Source: Puccinia triticina
Lineage: Eukaryota
Length of the DNA: 64,000 bases
Assembly: GCA_026914245.1 (NCBI GenBank)
Contig: CP110439.1
Location: forward strand, 7,812,001 to 7,876,000
Direction of reading: 5' to 3'
A program made the position numbers and the translations under genes. Below the pieces are notes generated by a model that saw only the letters and a program-made list of their open reading frames with translations, had not been told where the DNA came from and did not search any database. Positions 22,601 through 34,662 of the stretch are shown here, piece by piece. The stretch's first letter is position 1, and every line of letters begins with the position of its first letter.

Positions 22601-25600
22601 TTCCCGGACCGCACTCAATCCGGACAGCAGGATTGAAGAATAGGCCACCCCATTGGCAACATTGTAGGGACAATCTATGGACAGCTGCCCAGCGGTGTAC
22701 CACTTGATTCGGGCAGATTCCCGCGAACCAACTTCCGCCGACCAATCTAACCCCCCTCAAGGAGCCAAGTCCATGCGAGGGGTCTTGCGGATCATTACCG
22801 TCCGAGATATCAGTCCAGCACCCAGCCCAACAACCAATCAAGCCGCCAGTCCAGCTCAAGGAAATGGGGGGGGGGGGGGGGGGGGGGGTAACGGCCCACA
22901 TTGTCGAGGTCAATGGTCTCCCGGACGATCTGGATGACCTGGACTTTCACTCTATGGCTTTAGGTGAAGATTTGGTGAGTGAGGTAGCAATTTTTGATAC
23001 CAGTGCCTCTCACGGTTCCATGGGTTCTAAAGCTCTTCTCCATGACTTTCAACTTCTCCCTAAACCCATTGGCGTGTCCTTAGCTACCAACGGTGCCAGG
23101 TCATCAATCACCGGTGTGGGGAGTCTGAAGTTTCAGGCCCCCAATGGATCCGTTATTGTCCTCAGACAAGTGCTTTACTGTGAGCCAGCTAAGACCACCC
23201 TCATATCAATGGCAGCGCTCCGAAAGGCTAACACATTTGCTGACTATGACAATGCAACAGACATCTTTCAAATATCCCGTGAATCCAGCGAACTGCTTTT
23301 TGAATGTGTTTTCAAACCAAAGAAGAATTGGTGGTGCATGCCATACCCAATGATCAGATTGGATAGGCCTCAACAAACTCAGATTTAAAAATTCCACGTT
23401 TTGTTCTCTAACTTTCAGTCTCCTTTCTTGCCACTCCCCATTAGTCTCCCTAGTTGCCTTACTCCATCAATTCCTGTCCCCAGTCCACTTTTTTCCTCTG
23501 TTATGTGTTCTGTTTCCGTTGATAAGACTCTTTCTCAAAATTTGCCAAGTTCTCCTTTTTTGTGTGGCAATGACATCTCCATTATGGCATCCAGAACTAA
23601 CACGTCTCACTCTGAGGAGATTTTTAAGGAACCACTTGGCCTTGCAACTGACTATCAGTGGAAACCTGAGGCACTTACCAAAGATGAGCTGAAATTGCTC
23701 TATTATCACCAAGCTTTTGGCCATGCCAGCCTACACCATATCAGGCGGATAATAAAATTAGGCCTTGGCAATGGTCTACCACAGGAGATCCCAAGTGGAA
23801 AAATTCACTTTCCTGTCTGCGCAATTAGCAAGAGTACGAGAATTAACCCTTTGGCCTCTACCCTTAGGACAGTAGAACGAGTTGACATTCTGGAAGCCAA
23901 TCTGATGAGCCTGTTCCAGGTGGACTCAATCAACAGAGGGAAGTACCTGCTGACCATGCAAGATGTTGCAACAGGTTACGCTTTCATTAAAGTGCTGAAA
24001 CAAAAATCAGAAGCCAACCAACACATTATCAACACTATCACTCGCCTGGAGCAAGCCACCGGAAAGCGTCTGCAGGCCTTTCAAAGTGATAACGGAGGTG
24101 AATTTGCCAAAAAGAAGCTCAATGATTTCCTAGCATCCAGAGGCATTGCGGCGGAGAAAGCCCTGCCTTATCACCACTACCAAAACGGAGTCATCAAAAG
24201 TTTCAACCGGACAGTGGCAGACACAGGTCAAACAATTCTCATTGACAGCCCTTTACTAAAAGAGTTCTGGAACTATGCTTTCGTCTGGGCAATGTATGTG
24301 CTTAACAGGTTGTCTAACAAGGCAAGCGGCAACAAGACACCTTACAAAGCACTCTTCGGCAAGAAACCGCAGTACGATAATTTCCGTGTTTTTGGCAGCA
24401 CGGGCTACGTTCACATACCCGAGGAAAAGAGGAAAAAGCTTGATGAACGCGCGTTGAAAGGTTTTTCCATAGCCCACCTAGAACAAAGCAAAGGCTGGCT
24501 CTTTTGGATCCCAGATCAGAAATGTTTTGTTTCCTCCGCAATGGTGCGTTTTTCAGCGGACCTGGCAACTGTGCTTGTGAAGAAAAAAGATGATACTCCA
24601 ACTGCCACAGATCCTGTGGACACGGTTGCTACTGGCTCAAAATTATTGGTAGATTATATTATGAACCTCCTCCATCTGGGAGATTTCTCACAGGAAATCA
24701 AATTTGTGAATCAGGAATTGATAGTAGACAAGATCATTGATCTCTGTCAGTTCTACGTCATTTCGGTGCCAAAGACCTTCAAGCAAGCAATGAACTCCCC
24801 GGAAAAAGAAGCCTGGTCCAAAGCAATTGCGCTAGAACTGTTGAACCTTGAACAGATGCGCGTCTGGATTTTAAAGCTGAAACCAGAGGACAAGAAGGCG
24901 CTAGGGGGACGCTGGGGTTTTGCTATGAAGGCAGACTAAAACGGTTCTGGGATCCGGTCAAAGAGTTTTACGCAGGTTGAGGGTGAAGATTTCAACACGA
25001 CTTTTGCGCCAGCAGCAATGTTTTTCTCCCTTTGACTGCTACTGGTCGTTGCGGCAGCTCACAGATGGCCTGTTCAGAGTTTTGACTTTGTGGCGGCATA
25101 CCTTAACTCGCCAATTGACAAGGAAGTTTGGGTGAAGCCACCAGAAGGGATGAAAACGCCGCCGGGTCACGCACTCCTCCTGAAAAAAGCGTTTTACAGT
25201 ACTTGTCAAGCCGCCAGATTCTGGTGGCTGCACTTGAATGATGTCCTGGAAAAGTTCAGATACTCGCCTTTGAAGTACAACAACAGTCTATATATTCTGC
25301 GTCATCCGGACAAAGCTGGTGTTGTATGGCTCCATGTCAATGATGGTGTGGTCACTGCTTCCAGCCCAGCCCTCTTGAAGAAACTGGAAGAAGACCTGAA
25401 AAGGATCCTGAAAATCAAGTGGTCCCATAGTCTTGAATTGATTGTGGGCCTTAATGTTACACAATAAAAGCAAGGATTTCAACTGTTTCAGAAGGAACTC
25501 GTGGAGGGAATTCTCCCTGAACACTGGGATGGATTGACAACAGCAGCTACTCCTCTACCTGCTGGTTTCAATGCGACAACAGAAAAAGATGGTGTTCCGG

Positions 25601-25917
25601 CAGACTCTGGACGGTATCTGTTGGTCATTGGGTCTTTCAGTTGTCTGTCTGTGGGGACAAGGCCAGATATTTGCTTTGCTGTGAATTACTTGGCGAGGTT
25701 TGCAGCCAAACCGGGTACCGCGCACTGGAAAGGAGTCAGGCACCTGGTGAACTATTTGGCCAGTAGCAAAGACCAGTGTTTATCCCTTTTTTCTTCCTGT
25801 GATGCTAAACCCCTTAAGACTTTTGCAGAAGCCTTGTGGGGCGGAGAATTTTCCAGGTCCTCATACGGAGTGCTAATCACTTTCCTCAACTGCCCAATAT
25901 TGTGTTTTCATATATGA
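19666..25917 (+). mobile_element. Decayed Ty1/Copia retrotransposon (PBS, gag, PR, IN, RT, partial RNase H), 3' end missing
   Basis: CATCA|GGTTATGAGCCC PBS at 19666; gag fragments with CWQCGGKNH; FDTSAS protease; SDNGGEF integrase; DFVAAYLN and LHVNDG RT; many stops/frameshifts. Confidence 0.88.
20938..22039. mobile_element. Non-autonomous CACTA/CMC-like TIR element inserted in Copia gag
   Basis: 38-bp TIR CACCAGGGGAGATATGTTCCCACTCCCCAGGGAGTGCC; TSD TAC; removal restores gag frame MQALPTCFAMY; related to 87-1192. Confidence 0.9.
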
Positions 25918-27641
25918 AAAACAAAACTTTTGGCTTGGTAGATATACCTTTGTGATGAAAGTGCATAAATTCAATGAATCTTCTTTCTGTTTTTATCACT
26001 TGAGATATTTATAGACTTGTGGAAAAAAATTAACATAGTGGATACTTATATCTTTTGTATTGATTGATGCTATAAGCATCACATACTTTGAGAGAAAAGG
26101 TGATTTCCTTCTGAACTGAGCTAGCTTCACTCACTGGCTATCCCCTTGATTTTTTATTGTTGCATCAAATGATTAAAAATTGCTAACTGATCAATCACCA
26201 TAACCACCTTGTGATCTTGCAGGTGGCAGATAGGCATCTGGGCTGCAAGCATTCTCACATAATTTTGTTAGCAAATTTTATGATTTTTTTCACAAGAGAG
26301 TTGGAAGTCTGAGCTAAGTTCAGGGGAGCCCCAGATTATCCAGGGTTTCTTAATCACTTCAGAAAATCCCAACAAAAGAATGTGTGTACATATAGGTGAA
26401 AATATATATAACTCTTTTAAACATTTCATCTAATATTCCGGTGTTGCGTGGGCACTCAGCTCAGCATTGCTTGGCTGTGTGGTAATATAGGTGTCACACA
26501 AATGTACGGGCGTACAGCTGTGTGACAAATACTTCCAGCTAGCCCCTCAGAAAATGCACACTGAATTCAAACCAGATTGTAATCATGATTTAAGAAAAGC
26601 TGGCATATTTTTGGCAAGGATAAGATACCTTGGCCCAAGGGGACCAAGTTCAAGCAGCATTGATAATTACTTTGTCACCTCACACACCTCCTTTTGAATT
26701 ATGTGTGCGCTGAAAATTAAAAAAAGAATGTTCCAGAGCAACCTGTAGGGTATGGGTTTACACAGAGGTTAAAAATCATCATGGTCAAAAAATTCTTGTC
26801 TTTGGTCAAAATTATAGATTGAGTACAACTGATCATAAAGTTGGGCTGGGTTTCAACATATTTATGGTGTAAATTATACGGTTACATTACACAAAACATC
26901 TGGCATGATTCCAGGAAACATCGGTATAGATTGTGCATTACATGACCTGGTCTTTGAACCAAGATCAGACCAACTTCAAACCGACTTCAAACCAGTAGCT
27001 AACAAGGATCGGACCAAACCTCGGCATGAATTGTGCAAAGGCACTTGTAAACAGGTGCTGAGCAAACTTCCGTGGTGTCTGTACATCTGTCTTTCTGAAA
27101 TTGCAGCAGAAAATGGGTCAATAAACGTTGAAATAGCATGATGTTGCTATTGGTCCTACTCACTTGGGCTTTTGGCTTATGGCATAGCTCAATGTCTTGG
27201 ATTTCGGCCTTCATTTTTTCCACTTCTGTTTGCTTGAGGAATATACTTGGTGTGTTTATTTGGTGATAGTCTTGGCTAGCCTTGGCAATGTGGCGATGCT
27301 GAAAGTTACCATCAAGACAAATGATAAGTTTCCTTCATTCAGGGATAATCTTGAAGGTTTGTTGGCGCCGGGCCAAAGCACGCAGGACAAGAATGGCACG
27401 CCAGAATCGTCTGTTCCTCAAGACACATGGCTTTGAATATAAAGGTATTGGTTTGATCTTCAAGTTCCCTGTAAAGGTCAACCACTGCAGAGAAGGGTTT
27501 TCGGAGGTCACGAGACTGATCAAAACATGAAATAAGTTACTCACATCCTAAGAGATTATACTCTACGCCTAAAGAACAGAGAAATCACTCACATGAGTAG
27601 AGTTTTGGGCAGTCAACCGTGTAGAGACTGTAAAATGAAGA

Positions 27642-27727
27642 TGTGTCTGGTGAGAGTCGAACTCACGACCTCAGCTATGCTGAGACACATACTAGAGTGC
27701 TGCCTTTACCAACTAGGCTACAGACGC
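27642..27727 (-). tRNA. tRNA-derived sequence in TRIM 3' LTR (probably pseudo-tRNA, Tyr-like)
   Basis: Acceptor stem GCGTCTG/CAGACAC (6 of 7), D arm GCCT-AGTTGGTAA-AGGC, T arm GTGAG-TTCGACT-CTCAC, A and B boxes intact; anticodon arm irregular. Confidence 0.7.
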
Positions 27728-28063
27728 TTGTGGCTGCCAGCTGGGTGGTTGGTTGGTAGTGCTCATGGGTCAATCCAACAGCCCTCCATACTGTGGTGAT
27801 ACATCATGGTAGCAGACTAACAGACAACTCAACACCCCCCCTTGCTACATGATGGGAAGTGGGGATTGACCCCAAGAGAGAGTGGGAATGAGACCCAGGA
27901 AAGATGATCAGCGTAGGGATTGAACCCGTGATCTAGATGTAGGCTTATAGGGGTTTGCGTGGTCTTACAAGTAAGCATTCACAAATTCATCAAGTCTCTA
28001 TTGTAAGCAAGTAGCGCTCAGGTAGCTCTGGGCTCATAACCTGTAGAGACTGTAAAATGAAGA

Positions 28064-28149
28064 TGTGTCTGGTGAGAGTCGAACTCACGACCTCAGCTAT
28101 GCTGAGACACATACTAGAGTGCTGCCTTTACCAACTAGGCTACAGACGC
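28064..28149 (-). tRNA. tRNA-derived sequence in TRIM 5' LTR (identical copy)
   Basis: Same 86 nt as 27642-27727. Confidence 0.7.
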
Positions 28150-28867
28150 TTGTGGCTGCCAGCTGGGTGGTTGGTTGGTAGTGCTCATGGGTCAATCCAA
28201 CAGCCCTCCATACTGTGGTGATACATCATGGTAGCAGACTAACAGACAACTCAACAAACCGCTCAGATCAAGGTTCCAGAAATTGCTTCAGCGCAGTTGT
28301 AAACAGCAATGCCCCAATGTGACAATTGTTCCATAGGCAGTTTTGTAGGATGAGCAGAGGGATTGAAAAGGCAGTGACTGGCCTAATTGGGGAGCCTGGG
28401 AGATACCCCATCCGGACTAGACGTACCGCATCAGGTTGGCATGAACAGAACTTAACTTTGCCCGTCGTTGACCTGCGACAAAATATGAAGTAAGTGTTTC
28501 ATTAGCTCAAGTTTGGTCACCCTATACGGTTTCTCAGCGGGAGAGAAAGTGACATACAGTATATATCAACAAGATCAATAACTCTCCTAGTGGCTGAGAT
28601 ACAGACGCAGGTAGAGTGAGCGGAGTAGCAGTTGTCCTTTGTCTGATTTCTTGTTTTGGCTTTTTGAGCTAGATATGTCGCCTGGAGGTCCTTGACGAGA
28701 TTGTTCCAATTAAAGTGCAGCAATTCTTGTCGGAGGCGTTCAATGTTGGATTATATTGCAAGGTCAATTTCATTGGGTTCTTCATAGTTGATAGGAGGAA
28801 CCCAGTCAGTTTCAGAATCCTCGTCTTCAACTTCAATGTCATCTCTAAATTGATCTTGTCAGCAACA

Positions 28868-29260
28868 ATGCATCTATTAATTACGGTGCTTTTACTGTAT
28901 CTGCAAAAATGATTATAACCAAGTTGTCATGAACATGTAGATTTTTTTTTTTTTTGATATTATTTTTCCCCACAAACCCTAGAATCAAATCCGCTTTTTT
29001 GGCCTACCTCCACTGGGGGATCTGTCCTGAAATCCGTGAAACAATTTCAATTACAGCTATTATTAGGGCCCTAATAATAGCTGTAATTGAAGTTGTTTCA
29101 TGCATTTCAAGACAGATCCCCCAGTGAAGATAGGCCAAAAAAGCGGATTTGATTCTAGGGTTTGTGGGGAACAAGAATATCAAAAAAAAACCACATGTCT
29201 ATGACATCTTAGTTTTCATTTTTATAGATACAGTAAAAGCACCGCAATTAATAGATGCAT
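28868..29260. mobile_element. Spacerless foldback/palindromic MITE (~390 bp)
   Basis: Whole element is an imperfect palindrome centred on TATTAGGGCCCTAATA (~29067); ends ATGCATCTATTAATT / AATTAATAGATGCAT. Confidence 0.8.
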
Positions 29261-32200
29261 CATTGTTGTTGGTCATCTTTGTTGTTGTACCAATCTCCGT
29301 TCTCTAGATCCTCCGCTAACCGAGTATCAGCCGCCACCAACTGGTCCATTGGTGCCATTGCTGATTGAAAACCTTGAAGTTGTTGTAGGGCAGCTAAGTT
29401 TTGGTTTTCATTGGCCTCAAAAAAAGGCTGATTTTTGTTTCACACATTTCTCGGCCATGAGGAAGATATTGGGGACTTGAGATTGAAGTGAGCAATCTTT
29501 TTGTTGTTGGTGAAAGTGAGAGATTGGTTCGGTGCGGTTCGGTGCGGGTGAGATAGATATATCAGTGGTTGCGGGCAGGTTTCAAGGTAAAGCTGATATG
29601 CGGAGGCAAGCAACCTCAAGACACATGTGGTTTGACGAAACCACCAAACCAGACACACACCCTTCTTCTTTTTGGGGTTCCAAAAGTAAAAAGTGCAATT
29701 TCATCACAAAAGATATGGATCAGTCCGCAAGCAGCGTAATTTGTTTGAATGAAATCCAGTCACCTAATAAAATTCAGACAGCAGCTGCTTTTGAACACCA
29801 GCCTACAATAATATTCTCCTCCCACAACTGGGATATCTTCTCAAGATTAGCGGGGATATTTTGTCAAGTTTACCGCTTTGGTTGGTATAGCCAACAGCCA
29901 CTGAATCATCAGTCATCCGAGTGATCCCGGATGTTTGATGGCCAACTCCTAATTGAAATCTTGCTCCTTTCAGATACCAGATACCAGTTTACACCCACCA
30001 AGCAGATATTTTGAAAAGTTGAGCGCTTTGGTTGGTACAAAACTGCTGCCAACAACCACCTAGTCACTGGATCACCAGACATCCAAATGCTTTCGGATGT
30101 CTGATATTATATTTTGGAAAGTTGCATCCTTTGGTTGGTTGGTACAACACTGCTGCCAACAACCACCTAGCCACTGTATCATCAGATATCTGAATGCTTG
30201 CGGATGACTGACGCCTAACTCCTACCAATCATATTTTCAGATTCTACCGCTTTAAGTTTTGTCAAGCAGAAATATGCAACACTATGGCACTGCCACCCTT
30301 GTGCGCGGTGATAGTACCACGAGTCCGTTACCAGTGTGCTTTACTTGATGATATTGTGATATAGAAACAAATCAGACTCTGGATCAAAGGTTGATATAGA
30401 AACAAATCAGACTCTGGATCAAAGGTCTGATTAGCACGATCATAGCTATGTTACCAGTGTTATTTCCTTTTTACCAGTGTAATTATTTGCTTGGGGATAT
30501 TGTGATATCGAAACACCTCAGGCACCGGATCAAAGGTCTGATTAGCACCAGAAATGGTTGACTTGGGGTATATAATCTGGCTCTAAAACCCTCAAATCTT
30601 CCCTCTCAACATTATCCAACTAACTAGAAACATCCATAAACCCACTCATCTAGATCTATTATATTCCTACCTATAAGTAGCTCCTGACTGTTTTTTTGGC
30701 ATGCCTGGTGCAAGAGAATCGCTATTAGAGCCGGCGCCGCCTGGCGGTCCCAGCCAGTAGCTGTTTCTTCGACCCGTTGTGGAACTCCTACCGTGCCAGG
30801 CGGTAGGCAGAGCGTTGAGGGGATGGGTGCTGTTGAGGCTGCCCTCAAGGTGGTCCGGCAAATGAGATGTGGATCAAAAAGTGATAGCGTTGGGGGGGGA
30901 TTTTTGAGAGACGACCGGGATGGAATACCGTTGGCGGTGGTTGGTTTGTTGAGGATCAGATGATGATGATGGATCAGGATCAGGGATAAAGAATCAGAAA
31001 TAGTGCTGGGGATACTGCCAGCGGATCAGAAAAGGGTGATGGAAAATCTTGTGGATCAGAGCAAGTCCCATGCCGTCCCATCCTCCAAGTTTGAACTCAA
31101 ACTTGGACTCTGGGGAGTGACATGTCACAGGACATGTCATCACATCCCTAACTACAAAACAAAACCACAAGGAAAGAAAAGAAAACAAAACTCAACAAAC
31201 AACAAGCAGAAGAAAAGAATAAACAAAGCTTAAAGAGGAAACCAAACAGGATAAAGTGAAGAAATAAAACATCATAATAAACCCACATAGTACATGTGTT
31301 AGGACCAAGAAAGGAAAAGAGAAACTGGGAGGGATCCAGAATCTTGAGGCTGTGAGAAAGTGAGAGAAGGGATCATCTTGAGGATGAATCTTGAGGGATC
31401 TTGATAATCTTAAGGCTTAAGGGTTTTGCTGGTGAGATTGCTGATCTTTCTGACTTGATGATTTTGATGCTCTTGTCAGCCTCTACCAGTATGACCACCA
31501 CACCGTCCCCGGAATGACCTCATGAAGCAGCTTCAGCAACGAGCTATGATGGGGAGCGCGGCGCAAAATTCTGAGCAGCGCCTAATTTGGGCCCCTGGCT
31601 CTACCCTCCAGGGATCCGCTTGGCTATTAGATGCCTCCACTGGAGGAAAATCCTTGGCCGGTGTTAGATCTTCTTTAGCATCATCCCAAAGCTCCTTGGC
31701 TGGAAATCAATCTTTGTTAGCATCATCCCAAAGTTCCTTGGCCGGTGTTTGATCTTACTTAGCAAAATCCCCAACCAATTTCCTTCTGAATCCTGGAGCA
31801 AAAACTTCTTCTGCAACACCAAAAACAGCTTCTTTAGCCGGTGTTTGATTGAATCGTGGAGCAAACCCTTCTGCGACTCCAATAACATCTTCCTTGGGCA
31901 GTGTTGGATCTTCATTGGCGAAATATCAAAACCTTTCACCTGCTTTATCCACTGCTGAGCTATCATGTATGATCTTTCTTCTACCTTTCAGCCAGGTAAT
32001 TACGTCCAGAGTTACAAAAAAATTACTACATTACATTTATTTCATAGTTCCAAATTCACCATCTGCACAAATGATACCACCAACCTTTGGGACTCAGACA
32101 GAGAGTGATTGCTTGGAGCTACGCCTTCCTTCAACTGGCCGCACCGCTCAAAAATGTGGCCCTTCAAAACGCCAGCTCTTGGGTGCTTGTTTCCCAAAGC

Positions 32201-33031
32201 GCGTAAATATTCAGACCAAAATCCAGCATTTGCGCACTACTCCTACCAATACTCAGAATTCAACTCAGGATCAGCGGTCACCTATTGAACATCACTCCCC
32301 TTCTGAATCTCAAAATTGCCCCCTTTCCAAATCCAAAACTCAGACCTCAAATCCCCCTTGCAAAGAGACTGCTTCAAGAGGCTTCGACAATCCTGGTAAT
32401 CAAAATCACTCTCCTTTGGAAGCTCAAACCTCTAATCCTCCTCAAGAGACCGCAATCGGAGCCGTAAAGTCCGGAAAGAATAAGTGAATCCGTCTAGACC
32501 CAAGCATTGTCAAGTCGATGAAGCATCTTGACCTTGATCAACTGCGCCAAAAGGTCAACTCGCACGCTAAATACAAACAACTCAATGCTGATGATCGACA
32601 AGTATTCACCAATGCTTACCTCAGATACCAAAAAGAAGTCCACCTACTTGCTGCGGAGAGACTCCTGAAAATCAACAATCTTGAAGCATTTGGGTAGCCG
32701 CAGTGGTTTCAGAGGTTCAACAATGTACAACAACTTTTGTGAATACAACATTGAAGCTCGGAAATCCAAGTTTATTAAAATAAAGAAACACAGAAGGCAA
32801 GATCAAAGTTTTTGCCTGTGCTCATTAGAAAAAATCACATAAAAGTTGAGATTAATCCCCAAACACCCCGGAGGGCACCTCAGATTGACCCTCCAGCCCA
32901 TGCCGGAGCAACAGGCAAAAGAAGGTCGGTCAAAAATGTCATCAAGGAGGCCCTAATCAAGTGATTAGTGGGCTCCAGGGAGGGGGTGGGACGAAACCAC
33001 ATCCCCTGGGGGGATAAACAGCTTCCCCCAC

Positions 33032-33821
33032 TAGAGATGGCCGCACGAAACCCATTGCGGGTATCCGCTATCCGCTGGAGGCCCTCGGGTACCCGCCAGC
33101 GGATGCGGATGTCTGAGATTCCGGCAGAATCCAGCGGGTACCCATGTATTCCGGCGGGTATCCGCTCTCCCTAGGGTATGGGAGCTGCGGCGGTCGGCAG
33201 CCATAAAGCCGTTCTATGTTGCTGTCAATCGGGGGGAGTCGCTTCCGGTCGACAGCAACATAAATTAGTCGACCGGGATGAGTCCTTCCCGGTCTACAGG
33301 CATATGTATTGAGCAGTCAACCGGGAGAAATCCCTCCTGGTTGAAAACTAGACATACCAGTCAACCGGGAGGAATCCCTCCCGGTCGATGACTATACACA
33401 CCAGTCAACCGGGAGAAATCCCTCCCAGTTGACAGGTATGTCTAGTTGTCAAACGGGATGAGTCCTTCCCAGTCAACAGGCATATGTATTGAGCAGTTGA
33501 CCGGGAGATATCCCTCCCGGTTGACAACTAGACATACCAGTTGACCGGGAGGCGTCCCTCCTGGTCAACAGCCATATCGAGCAGCCGACCGGGAGGCGTC
33601 CCTCCCGGTCAACAGCCATATGGAGCAGTCGGCAGGGAGAAGTGCCACCCGGTTGACTGACATATACAGCAGTCAACTGGTAAGCACATTTTGAGGGGTG
33701 GGTATCCGAAGATACCCGCGCGGGTATCCGCCCAGGCACGCGGGTACCCGCTGTTGGATGCGGATGCCAGGAAATGGCTAAAATTGGCCGCGGGTACCCG
33801 GATGCGAAGCGCCCATCTCTA
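33032..33821. mobile_element. hAT-type MITE (790 bp)
   Basis: TIR TAGAGATGG/CCATCTCTA; 8-bp TSD TCCCCCAC; subterminal GGGTATCCG/GGGTACCCG motifs; internal ~40-bp palindromic repeats. Confidence 0.9.
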
Positions 33822-34004
33822 TCCCCCACACCCTTTAAGTATCCGACCCAGCTGCACACCACCTGGGCCTTCATGCTTTGCACCCTGAAGGTTGCCAGGG
33901 CCCTGCGCCTGGGCAGGCACAATGCTGGCCTGTACACACTCATCCGAGTGGTTACAGGTCAGCTCGAGGGCCTAAAGAGGGGTCTCAGTATGTATTAGTA
34001 CAAG

Positions 34005-34662
34005 AGGACTCACCGCCTCTTGATGACCGGCACAGACCGGTCATTGAGGGGCCTCACATCTCCTCTTGATGACCGGTCAGACCAGTCATTGAGGGGACTC
34101 ACATCTTTTCTCGATGACCGGTCAGACCGGTCATTGAGGGGACTCACATCTCCTCTTGATGACCGGTCAGACCGGTCATTGAGGGGACTCACCACCTCTT
34201 GATGACCAGTCAGACCGGTCATCGAGAGGACTCACCGCTTCTCGATGACCGGCACATACCGGTCATTGAGAGGACTCACCACCTCTTGATGACTGGCACA
34301 GACAGGTCATTGAGAGGACTCACCACCTCTTGATGACCGGTTAAACTGGTCATTGAGAGGACTCACCACCTCTCAATGACCGGTCTAACCGGTCATTGAG
34401 AGGACTCACCGCCTCTTGATGACCAGCACAGACCGGTCATTGAGAGGACTCACCACCTCCCGATGACCGGCACATACCGGTCATTGAGAGGACTCACAGC
34501 TCTTGATGACCGGTTTGTGCCGGTCACCGTGGGGACTAACAGTTGTTGATGACCGGTCTTTGCCGGTCATCGAGGGGACTCACATCTCCTCTCGATGACC
34601 GGTCAGACCGGTCATCAAGGGGACTCACCACCTCTTGATGACCAGTCAGACCGGTCATCAAG
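34005..34662. repeat. Minisatellite, ~15 copies of a 43-45-bp internally palindromic unit
   Basis: Consensus GACTCACCACCTCTTGATGACCGGTCAGACCGGTCATTGAGAG. Confidence 0.9.

Larger units (their letters stand above)
27620..28256 (-). mobile_element. TRIM (637-bp non-autonomous LTR retrotransposon) with tRNA-containing LTRs
   Basis: Two 215-bp LTRs identical by eye (28256-28042, 27834-27620), TG..CA ends, TSD AACCG (27615-27619, 28257-28261), PBS 28041-28026, PPT 27846-27835, 207-bp non-coding interior. Confidence 0.93.
27070..28870 (-). pseudogene. CxC1/KDZ (Kyakuja-Dileera-Zisupton) transposase relic, interrupted by the TRIM
   Basis: Manual translation: CQPDAVRLVRMGYLPGSPIRPVTAFSIPLL..LWNNC, RDLRKPFSAVVDLYR, SCPACFGP, CLDGNFQHRH; in-frame stop; spliceosomal introns. 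Confidence 0.75.

Noticed and set aside
27642..28149. Two ordinary tandem host tRNA genes
   Set aside because: Both lie inside identical LTRs with TSD, PBS and PPT, and the anticodon arm is irregular
30640..31760. Possible Gypsy LTR/gag remnant on minus strand
   Set aside because: Composition is suggestive but no paired LTR, TSD or diagnostic motif could be fixed
34005..34662. CRISPR-like array of palindromic repeats
   Set aside because: No unique spacers, no cas genes, eukaryotic context; it is a minisatellite
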